The position numbers and the translations under genes were made by a program. The notes under the pieces were generated by a model, which ran no database searches, had not been told where the DNA came from, and was given only the letters and a program-made list of their open reading frames with translations. A stretch of DNA of 64,000 nt from Mytilus californianus (Eukaryota), in NCBI RefSeq assembly GCF_021869535.1, contig NW_026262668.1, positions 71,548,001 through 71,612,000 on the forward strand. The letters run 5' to 3'. Position 1 is the stretch's first letter; the number at the start of each line of letters is the position of its first letter. Shown here piece by piece: positions 39,701-51,356 of this stretch.

Positions 39701-42700
39701 GGTTTTAAACATTAAAAAAACGGTCAGTTTTCAATGAAAACAATGTCTTACAGGAGCAACACGACGGGTGCCACATGTGGAGCAGGATCTACTTATCCTT
39801 CAGGAGCACCTAAGATCACCCCCAGTGTTTGGTGGGGTTCGTGTTGCTCAGTCTTTATTTTTCTATGTTTTGTGTATTGTTGTTTGTCTATTTGTCTTTT
39901 TCTTTTTTAGCCATGACGTTGTCAGTTTATTTTCGACATATGAGTTTGGATGTCCCTTTGGTATCTTTCGCCTCTCTTTTACAATGAAGAATGTCTCCAG
40001 TGCACTGATGGAATATCTTCCTTTTTGTCTTTTCAGATTGACGAGGTTGCGCATAAGGAATTTGTAAATTCGTTTTTCAACTGAAACATTTTAAACACTC
40101 ACATTTGTGGTAACCAAAGATAGTTCCGTCCTATTTTCCTCCTATAACATAAGTTATTGGAGAGTATGGCCTGACCCATCGAAAGTTTAATTTAGCATAA
40201 GAGACACGATAAATGTCACTTGTGCTTTCCATTCTCAGCATCTGATTTTTTTAGTGAGATTCGTGTTTCTCAGGCTATAATTTTGAATATTGATTTTATA
40301 TATGTCTTTTTTAAGTATGGACATGGTATTGTCTGTTTTTCGTCCCGTGATAACTTCTTATTGTTTTGCACCAGATCATTTTTGTAAAGTACTTTTAGTT
40401 TTTTAGTTTAATTCACAATAATCCAAAGTATGATACATTTGAAATGCATCTTTGAAATATTTTTACAAAAGATAGATCATAGCAGCTAACAGACGGAATA
40501 TGTAAAATACTTCAATTGGCCGTGATAAAAAAAAATAAAAACCGAACTTAACGCGTGAAGAATACGTGTATCTAAATAAAAAAACACATATTGTGATCAA
40601 TTAGAGACAACAGTTGTTTACCGATGGATAAATCGCCTAAATACATTTAGAACATACAAATCAAGGGGAGGGGGTCAAAGGCTTAAGAAGTCGAATAAAC
40701 TCCAAACGGAGCACGATCTGGTGGATTGACATGATAAGCGTCGTCTGATGTACAATGTACGTGCATACCTCGCCAGGCGAATCCAAACTCGATCGTCCCA
40801 TGTCAGCACTGAATATATGATGCAAACGTATGAAAACGCCAGGATTTATTATATTGACCTTACAAATATAGCAAATCAACTGATTTTTAACAGGGATGTT
40901 CTTAAAAATGTAAACTCTATTTAGATAGTTTAAAAAATAAAGATACACAATTTTAGCAAATTCAGCGCTATCACGCAATGATTCAATTACGTATGAAATA
41001 CATACAAGTATCACTATGAAATCTAAGTCACACATGTAAATTACCAATTTGGTAAAATTTGTTTCTTTTATTTAAGCAAAGTTTTTTCATTCTTTTTACT
41101 TGTATAATAGATAGTTTATAGGTGTGATGTCATTTCTTATGCAGTTTCTTGTTGAGCTTAAATCTTGTCTACTACTGACTATCATAAACACACATTATTA
41201 ACCTGGACAAGCAACTATGCAAAAGCGCACAATTTCTTGGGTTTTTAGCGGAAACCTATTACCCTAAGTACCAAAACAAATGATAAAAAAAAACACAACA
41301 TAAATTCAAATTCATCACACAGTTACATATAATAAATGAATTATTTATTATTACATTCCAGCTTCTGGATCATTAGGTTGTATCATATCAGTGCAAGATA
41401 CAACAAGTACCAGTGTTTACTACGTAGGGGTTTACAACTTTGATTCTACGGTCAATGGAGCGTCAACAAAGCGATTTACGTGTTTCGTGAGTAAAACAGA
41501 CATTCTTATGTTACATTCTGTTTTTGTTTATTTTGGCTATCATATTATTGCTTTACATGAAGTGAATCGAGGGTTAATACAGAATCGCTCGCATGTGCAC
41601 CTACATATACGCATCTTCTGGTAAGACTTAAAACAGAGACTTTATGTTGTAATTGTGTTTATGTAGTCGCATGCCTAATAGAGATCATAAATTGGCCTAT
41701 CAAAGATCGAGTATTCACAACCCCCTCCCTCCCACAAAAAAAACCGGCGCTAATTGCCGTCTTAAACTTGCAGTAAGGGAAAAGATTTTTGCTCCTTTTT
41801 GAAGACCTCACTGTGACTTTAAGATGAAGAACAGCAATAAAAGCGCTGTTCCTTTGCTTTTTGTGTTTTTTGCTGTGCACATACTGATTTTGTGTCATAA
41901 ATAATTATATCCTCCTGACATTAAAGTCAGGATACTCCAGCTCGTTTCAAATTTTAACATACCAAAATGCTTTCCCAATCAATGATATACATATGATAAC
42001 AGGAATTACTAAAATGTTAGACGTACAACAAACTACACCAACCACTAACAACCGACTCCACCAAGAAAATAGATGTACAAACAAAGACAAACATAAACAA
42101 ATAACATATGGTCCTAACTTTGTACAGACACTAAATAATGTTAAACCAGTTGTGCATGCGTATCTATATAGACAATATGTTGTAAAAGAAAATACAAAAT
42201 AGAAAACCTGAACAGTCCAGCTACCAACCGGATGAGTATAAACACTTATTTGCATATTTGAGCCTTGTTATTTACTTATAACTTCATTTACGCGTTGAAA
42301 ATTGACTGATGGAAAATTAAGTCAAATTATGTGCCAGTTATAGTATATGTAGTTAAACTTTAATAGCTCATAAGGGTGCTCAATCAGTTCGGTATTTTTG
42401 TTATACTTTTTCCCTCGCTCCTCCAGTTCTATTAATATTACTTATTAGACCTTTAATTATTACTTGGTGTTCAATAATTGAATGGAGAATCATGGATTTT
42501 TAAAGAATTTTCCAAAGGTGAGCATTTGAACATTTTCGCTGACAATTCTGTAATGGAGAGAGCGATTGCCAACAATTATATTCGAAATGCGAACAGGATT
42601 CTTAATAATGTGAGGTCTTGAAATTCTTTTTATATTATTTTTAGACGGTGGAATATGATACAAATATTACAATGGTCAGTCAAAGTCCAAATAAATGTTC

Positions 42701-45700
42701 ATCAGGTTCCAGTCCCACGGTTCTGCCTACAGATGGTGCTCTTCTTCAACTCACAACTGTCAGTAAGTTGGTAAAAATACAAGTATATTGATTTCAAAAG
42801 ATTCAATATATTGTTTTTCCCTTAAGTTTCATTTTTAATTTTAACGCAGCATAAAATTAAATAAAAAAATGTCAAAAATTGTCATTTTTGAAATATGGTA
42901 TGTTTGAAGAATGTATCATATTCAGAAAATCAAAGATGACTGTTTGATACGTTATGCCTCGTAACTTTTAGTCAGTATCACCAACGAATAGATAGGGTAA
43001 ATATTGCTTTATGCATAGGTCGGAAGGATAAAATAAGGGAATATGAAAAGAAATTAAATTTAAAGGAAAAACTATTTGTTATTAACAGAACAAAAGAATA
43101 GACCTGAAAGGGACTTGGTTCAGCGAGTGTCAGTGATATAAACATTGATTTCTGCAACAATAGTTTGATTCAAAATTTTATATATTACGCTATTGTTTCT
43201 GTTACGATTGTTGGCTTACATTCCGCCGATATATTACATTTAGTATAATTGAATATCCAACTTTTCTTGGGCTCCTACTTTTGTTTTTACAGTTCGGGGT
43301 GTACTGTTTAATTTACTTGTACAGGAAAAACGAGAGTAGCAGTTGTACCCTTATATCATTCAAATATTGTTGTACTTAGTTATGATCTGATGAGTTATGT
43401 TTTTATTCTAATTAACAACATGTACATTACAATCATATTTACCCCCATCAAACAGATAAACGTGGTGTACAGTGATTGCTATTGTATTCTTGTTATTTTT
43501 TATTGGGTTTATGTAATTGACTTGGTTGTCTCTTTTTGAAATTTTAACATTTGGTTTTCTGGGGAAGCTTCATAGCTAAAATTACGATATCCATTATTGA
43601 AAGCCATTGTGTTAATGGTCACCTTTTTGGGTTTGATGGATAGTTGTCTCTGTTGTTATTGCACCGCATCTTTTATACATATAACACTCACATTGTAACA
43701 TGAAGACCGGGAGATTGCCACTTGTTAAAAAATCATTTTTGTCGGCTAAACACTCCAGGGGTAAACAAAAACACTTGTCGGCTCTGAGTAAAATATTGTT
43801 TTCTAACCTGGCACGTTAAAGATACTGTTAGCATTTTATTATTGTACACATTAGGGCTAATGCTGATACAAAATTGATATGTGTTTGGCATAAATATGTA
43901 AACTACCGTACTCGACGTCAACATGCACCAATCTTATCGTGCTTTTTTAATAATACTAGTAAATGAAATGTTTCCTGGTAGCGAATAGGATGCTGAAGCA
44001 TGTGATTTTGAATAAATAATTCAGTATCATTGTATAAAAAATAAGTTAATTTGAGGCAACTAAACGTTACAAAAACTACATAAGCGTCCTTACAAACATC
44101 TTTATATTGCTGTGTCTCCAATACACAAAACCTCTTTCCAAATTATTTTATCAGATTTCAAAGCCTAGTTTGAGAGTTACTATTAAGTTTTCTACCTAAA
44201 GTGAGGTTTGAATCAGATGCAGATACTAAAAGAATCAAAAGATATGTTAGAGTGCATACACTCTAAGTCCTTTTGCAAAAGTATATCATAATACATTTGA
44301 CTTCTCTATCCTTTTCACTAATATTCCTCTTTCTAAACTTAAAGACAGATTGTTATAATTAGTTCAACTTTGTTTCATAAAATAGAATTTTCAATGTATA
44401 TAAAAATATTTTATTTTAGGACGGAATAAGTCATACTTTGTGAAAAGCCACTTTCATTTTAAACAAAAATTCTTTGAAACTGACATTTACAAGATGTTTG
44501 ATTTTTTTTGTAATGACGACACTCTGTACTTATGTATCCCGTCATACTTTGAACGACAAAATTATTTTATTTTATTAATATTACTTTTACTGTTAAGTCT
44601 GTTTTTTGTGATATCCATTTGACGTGACTCTGTACTTATGTATCCCGTCATACTTTGAACGACAAATTTATTTTATATCTACCTGTGTGACGTCAAACGC
44701 GCGATTCTACGCCAGATCTTAAAACCTTCCATCCTTTGTGGGTGGATTTTACATAGATAAATAAAATCGTATAATAAATAAGCAATATGAGGATGTTAAA
44801 TTTGTTTTATGCATTTTTGTGCTACTTTGTTACATTTGTTTGTTTTATAGTGATTAAGATGATAACACAATGTTGACTGCTGTACCCCTATTTTTGACAT
44901 TTTTACCTATTGTGTCTGTTATAAAACCAGGTTAAATCCACCATTTTCTACATAAGAAAATGCCTGTACCAAGTCAGGAATATGACAATTGTTATCTATT
45001 CGTTCGATGTGTTTGAGCTTTTGATTTTGCCATTTGATTAAGGATTTTCCTTTTTGAATTTTACTCGGAGTTTAGTATTTTTGTGATTTTACTTTTTGTT
45101 ACGTTTTGAGGACCTGTTTTTCAACAGACAATCGGTGTTTCTGTAGGAACCAACTGTTCATATCTTCTTGCCGACTTGTTCTTTTAATTCATACGAGGTA
45201 GACTTTATACAGAACCTTCCCAGTGACATTTCAGCAGCGCCTGCATATGGAGAAAATATCTCCCAGTTGATACGATACTACAGAGCTTGTGTTTCCTTCA
45301 TGATTTTCCTTGATTGCTGGTTACTGCTTACAATGAATCTATTGAATTAAAGATGCTTAGTGGTAAAGTTGATGCCATCCCATCGAAAGGTTTATAGACA
45401 TCATCATGATTTAGTTAACAATTATGAAATATCCGTGTCACAGATGACCACTGATATGTTCTGATTGTCGTAGCTAAATCCCGTTCCTATTTCCAAGATT
45501 ATAACATCACAAAATGAGACCTATCACAAAATGTGTACTTACCACGAGAAACACGACGATGCCACTAGAGGAGCAGGATCTGTTTACCCTTCCGGGCACC
45601 CGAGATTACCCAGATTTTGTTAATAGTTTTATTGTTTACTTTTTTTTTGTCATTGTTTTGTTGGTCTCTCTTCGACTTATGAGTTTTTATTGTCTCCTTG

Positions 45701-48700
45701 GTATCTTCCAACATGAACATATTTACATAGTAACCAGGGAGGATATTAGGACTTTACAAAAACAATTCGAAGGTATAGTTTTATAATGAAGTAATATTTG
45801 TAAAGGCAATATAAAAATCCTTATGGACTGTGATTCCTGTTTCTTTATATAATTAACACACAGAAATGCATAGCATTAATAGTAATTAATGAGTAGTAAC
45901 ACCATTATTGTGCTCCTATGTTTGATTTAACATTATTGCTGTCATAAACCATTACAATTTAAAACTTGCCATAAAGTAATTATCAAGAATATAATATGCA
46001 CCAGACATGTCTTTTACTTGAAAGATTAGTAACGAACTTGAAATTGTGTGTATATTTTAGGCAAAAACAACGTATATACTATCATGCAGCTGGTGAATAT
46101 ATCTGGTTTTTGGTAATGCATGCTATTGAATGTGTTGAAAACATTTCGTTTCATTAATCATGTTAATTAATGTTTTTTTTAAATTTAATTATACACTATT
46201 TTCAGCATCCTGTGGTGAGTATCACCTTGTTTTAAATTCTTTGTACACCTGATTGATTACTTTACAGAAACAGCAATATATCAATCAACCGGTCCCAACT
46301 GGTCAATTCAATGAAATTTTCTCAAGAGTTATATTTTTGTCAATTAATTGCTATGTATTGAAATCAATGATACAGTAGTCGTTATCTTAAATACTCTCTA
46401 GTTCTATCGTACCAGTTCAAAATTCAACATTAGAATTTTCTTAATACCAGTATCATTGATCAAATTAAAATACTAGTTGAACTGACAACTTGATTGGTTA
46501 ATATCTGATGGTGTATTAGATTTGTAAACAAAAACAAATGTGTTAAATAATGATCTGTCAAATTACTTTAGCTTTTACAAAAGTACCGAGTCAGTACTAC
46601 AATATTGGCTAACCATTTGTTCTAGCTGATTATCTTTTATAAATATCTTGATATCAATGCTTGCTATGACTTTGGAGTTAATTTTGCACCGACCTTGGAC
46701 TTAAACCCATTATTATTTGCTATTCTATGTTCTATATAATTGATAAAAAAACAAACTTTAGTCGGTGAAATTTTTTCATCGATATCTATGGAAATCTTCA
46801 CTTTGTATGTGTATTACATATATCTTAATTGTCTACAAAATGTTAAATTATTCGCAAACTTAGGTTTTTCAGCCCCCAGGTATAGATTATCTTAGCTTTA
46901 TTTGGCACAAATGTCTTGACTTTTCGGTTTTTAATGCTCTTTGTTTACTTCGTATTTGACTTGGACCTCCAACTGTTTTGATTCGAGCAGCACTGACGAG
47001 TCTTATGTAGACAATACGCGCGGATAGCGTACAAAATTATAAACATGGTATCTTTGACGAGATTCTTAAATTACAAATCAGCCGAACATCAGTTTAACAT
47101 CTCTATTTTCAGCACCAGTATCCCCGCCAGATGATCCTCTGTCAATTGCAGAAATATTTGCAATAGTTTTCTCTCTTATGTTGGTCATATTTCTGGCTCT
47201 ACTAATTGGTATATGCCTTTATAGAAGATATATTAAAAAGCACACAAAGAAAATCATTATAAGTAAGTATAGACAAATTTCCATGTTCTTGTCAAACAGC
47301 TGATTGTAAATTGCACTAACTATATTACACACAGCAGTGGTTTACTGATGTTCAAATCTCATAAATGCATTAAGTAGATACTAATCAAGGTAAAAAGAAC
47401 AAAGACTTGGGGAATCCCTTGAACCCTAAAAGAAGCGAGACAGGGAAAGCGTCCCCTGTCATGCATGCATCTACCGCCATGTGAGTCTACTATAATATTT
47501 GATTTTTCAAAAAAAATCAACAGTAATAAACTTTCTATGTAATCAGCAAAAGCTATTAACCATATGCCACTAATTGTGATAAGTAATCAGTAGAAGTATG
47601 ACGAAGATGACTACAGGAACTGTAACTGTCGGCATTATTTCATTAGTTTTCATGAGTAGAAAAGTACACAAGCTAATATGAAAAAAGATTAAGAAAAATT
47701 CTGAAGACAATACAAAATTAAGATAACAATATCTGAACACAGACAAATTTCTGAAGACCATACAAACCAAAGATAACAATATTTTAAATCAGAATTGGGT
47801 GCGATCTTGGATTCGATTCTCGTTTTATATCTATATTTGGTATTATATGTTATTAAAAAATTGAAAGCAATAAGACAAAACCAATAGTTTGTTATCATTT
47901 TGTGATAAATGCACTTGTTATAAACATTTTATCTTATTTAATATTTAGTCATGAATCTGATTTTTTGCCATCGAACAGATCTTTTTCATATATAAATATG
48001 ATCTAAATCAAATACAAAAATGTTAAGAAAGTCTTCTCTTAGATTAAAGAGAGAGAATAAGTCCAAAAAATGTATTAATAGATGAATATTATTTTTTATT
48101 TTTTTTAGTTCCAAAAACCCTTCCTAGAGGAGCCCATACTGTATTTACTTTGTCAGACACCAATACCATGGTAAACAAGGAAATAATAACAGAGCCTAAA
48201 CTTGTTGTGAAACCAATCAGAAATGGGCAACCACAGAGCATGGAACTTCAACAATGGAAACACAACGCCGAGTTTCAAGAACCAGAAGGACAGCTTAGAT
48301 TAGTAACTAAACCTCAACCCCCTATAGCGACAATAGACACAATGAAAAGTCGAGTCGCAACACAGATGCGCGAAGATACTGAACGGAAACGCAACATGGC
48401 GCTCGTTATCGACAGAGTGAAAACTAACTTAGATAGAGAATTGCGTGTAATAGCAGTATTAAAAGCTAAGGATGCTGCGAATAAAGAGGCATATAGTAGA
48501 GAAGCAGCAGCCAGTAAAATGAGCCAGGCAGTATCAATTTTTCCACCTAAAAGTAGAATGGGTCAATATGTTCATGACCCTCAAGCAAAAAGTCGAACAA
48601 TGAGCATGCGCAAAAATAAAATCACAAATGGGACAATTAAAACAGCAGTGCATGACAATAGTTTTAACAATTCTTTTAATTATGATCCTAGAACTTCAAC

Positions 48701-48914
48701 ACCATTATCGATTCAGAGACCTTCTAGTATTGATATGGTTATGTCTGAAGCAAATTTATCAGTTTTTTCAGTTGATTTGAAACACAGAGCTTCCAAGACC
48801 CCAAGACCTCAACCAGATATAACGGTGACTAAAAAAGTTAGGGATACAAAGAAATTCCCAACAATTAAAGAACTAAGTAATATGCCAGGAGAATTTCAAA
48901 ACTTTGAACGGTGA
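36775..48914 (+). CDS. Paralog P3, type I membrane protein, 617 aa. Exons 36775-36826, 37537-37708, 38252-38364, 38645-38770, 39461-39643, 41362-41486, 42645-42762, 46206-46214, 47113-47262, 48109-48914
   Basis: GT-AG introns, same phase series as P2 through the TM exon, exon 4 and 5 lengths identical to P2 (126, 183 nt), summed CDS 1854 nt. Signal peptide MLHVILIFGVFLMDQDVGG, CTYPSDLRGTW motif, TM IAEIFAIVFSLMLVIFLALLIGICLY followed by RRYIKK. The last exon includes the 254-aa track ORF. Confidence 0.87.
36889..36914. repeat. (GT)13 microsatellite in P3 intron 1
   Basis: Direct reading. Confidence 0.97.
45103..45712 (+). mobile_element. Penelope-like element remnant with internal deletion
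   Basis: FQQTIGVSVGTNCSYLLADLF (GIPMG motif) joined to SDISAAPAYGENISQLIRYYRAC, then the decayed ORF end and 3' UTR. Confidence 0.8.
46206..46214 (+). CDS. 9-nt microexon of P3 (CATCCTGTG, T-S-C)
   Basis: ctattttcag|CATCCTGTG|gtgagt; phase 1-1; Cys codon at the same position as in P2. Confidence 0.78.
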
Positions 48915-50444
48915 ACTGTATTTAACACATTAATAAGCAACAATAGTCATATAACAATTTACCTTGTGTTTTTATGCATTAGTTTATATTTTTCCGGTAA
49001 GAAATTGTATCTTTATTTATTATTGGCTATCATCATAAGCTTGTTTAAACTGAATTTAAACTGTATATGTTTTTTCGTGTGGATAGAAAATTCTCGTTTC
49101 CATCATATAAAAGCAACAAGTACAAGTTTGTGGGTAATTTTACGACATCAACAAATTAATCTCGAGCGAACCTGGTGAATGTTGTTGAAGAAACACGAGT
49201 CGTTCGAAATGACATTGCTATCATATGATATTATGAATTCTTTTGGATTGGTGTCGATGCTTGTGGACTGTTCGTTCTCGAAGTGACCATCCACCAATTA
49301 GGTATATGACTACAATGATTCATTTTTCATTTTATATAAGTTGGCTTTCAAAACTTTTGATCTCGAATGCATCTGATGAAAGTTGTACCAGGTGTAGAAG
49401 AGAGGTGGAAGATTCCAAAGGGATATTCAAACTCATAAGTCGAAGACACATTGACAACATAAAAAACGAAAAACAACAAAAAGACAATGAATATAGAATA
49501 TGACAACAATATAAAAAACACAGCATAGATAACTAAAGACTGAGCGACGCGAACGCCGCCAATACCCGGGGTGATCCCATGTGCTAAATAAAGGCAACAG
49601 TAGTATACCGCTGTTCGAAATTCATAAATCGATTGAGAAAAAACAAATCCGGGTTACAAACTTAAACTGAGGGAAACACATCAAATATAAGAGGAGAACT
49701 ACGACACAACAGAAACACAACATTGAAATGTAACACACACAGAAACGAACTATAATATAACAATGGCCATTTTCCTGACTTGGTACAGGACATTTTAAGA
49801 AAAAAATGGTGGGTTGAACCTGGTTTTGTGGCTAGCCAAACCTCCCGCTTTTATGGCAATGTTAAATATAATATCACAATGACAACATTACATGACAGGA
49901 CTACAATACAAATAAATGGGAGAACATACACAAGTGTATAGGACAGAGAAACATACGAATAATAGCTAATAAAAGGTACCAGGTTTAAAATTTAATACAC
50001 AAGACGCGCGTTTCGTCCACACAAGACTAACCAGTGACGCTCAGATCAAAAAAGTTCGAAAGCCAAAACAAGTACAAAGTTGAAGAGCATTGAGGACCAA
50101 AAGTTCCAAAAGTTGTGCCAAATACGGCTAAGGTTATATGTCTGGGATAAGAAAATCTTTAGTATTTAGAATAATTCATACTTTTGCAAACAGTAAATTT
50201 ATAAAAATGACTATATAATAGATATACATGATAACACCGAAGTGGTGACTAACTACAGAATAAAAACGGATACATAAAACAACATAAAACAGCACATAAA
50301 AATTCACAGCCGAGTTAGCCAAAGAAATCAACGCAAAAAAAGATGACGTCACATTTGAATTTCTGAAATTTCCCTAAAATAGAATAGAATTAGGATGGAA
50401 TTCAAGATTTGGTTTATGATACTCATATAACATGGAAGGGTAAG

Positions 50445-51290
50445 CTAAGGAAGGGTAAGCAGATCCTGTTCCACATGTGAACCCGTCGTGTTGCTCATGG
50501 AAGTACAAAGTCGGTGATCAGTCTCATTCGGGGATGTCACATTCGAGGAATCGATGACTGAATTGTGGTTGCGACTTTTAAACATATCCGTCGTCATCTG
50601 TGAATGAAAATAACACTTTCGTACGTCCGAAGTAGATCTTTTCTGTATTTACCTTCATCGGGAACGTTCAACCCCAAAGTTTGAAAGCCAATGGTGTATA
50701 AGACCTAAACGCTATATCACCAAAAGGGACCAAAAAATAGCCAAATCCATCTAAGGTCAACTTTGCAGATATTCCATAACGGTCCACCAACTCGTGAGGG
50801 CGTCCATAAAATTTTCAAATTAAGAGGAGACTATTTCAACACTTGAAACCCTTAGTTTAATAAGTTTCTTGTTAGCAACAATCTCTATGAAGGAAATTAT
50901 GATAGGAAACCCCAACTCTTGCTTATTGTATCAATTGGGAGATACATGCATATACCTCAATTGCAGGCGCTGCTGGAATGTTGCTACATAGAGATGGAAA
51001 GATCACAATATGGAAGCTGAAATCTTCTCTTTTGTCGTAAAGTTTTGTTCTCAACCGACCCTCCATGTCAATGTCTAGATGCAAGTCAATATATGAGGCA
51101 GACTTAACTGTATCTTTTGTATCTTATTTATCAAGTTAGATTGATAGATGCATTCAATATAGACGCCAAACTTTGAATTATTTAGTGAAAGAACATCATT
51201 TATATAGCGAAACGTGAAGTTAAAGGATAACGTTAGCTTTTTTTCATTCTTCCTAAGAATCTCCTATATGAAGTATGCCTCATATAATAA
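50445..51290 (-). mobile_element. Penelope-like element remnant (RT palm, thumb and 3' UTR), interrupted at ~50603-50765
   Basis: FNFTFRYINDVLSLNN (decayed YIDD) and SASYIDLHLDIDMEGRLRTKLYDKREDFSF...CSNIPAAPA, followed by the shared 3' UTR sequence. Confidence 0.85.
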
Positions 51291-51312
51291 CATTATCGGT
51301 ACCTATTTTACT

Positions 51313-51356
51313 GCACCAGTTGCGCATTTCGACCATTAATGTCTCTTCAGTGATGC
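51313..51356 (-). ncRNA. Minimal type-I hammerhead motif, subfamily ii, one substitution (U16.1 to A) from canonical
   Basis: gcatca-CTGAAGA-gac[attaatg]gtc-GAAA-tgcgca-AC-tggtgc. Confidence 0.75.

Noticed and set aside
40661-41047. 128-aa minus-strand ORF in a P3 intron
   Set aside because: No recognisable domain and AT-driven composition. A small cag...gtatgc segment could be an exon but has no partner exons.
48900-48920. Possible donor (cg|gtgaac) extending P3 beyond its stop, as in P2
   Set aside because: It is phase 2 and weak, and no compatible downstream exon was recognised in 49-57 kb
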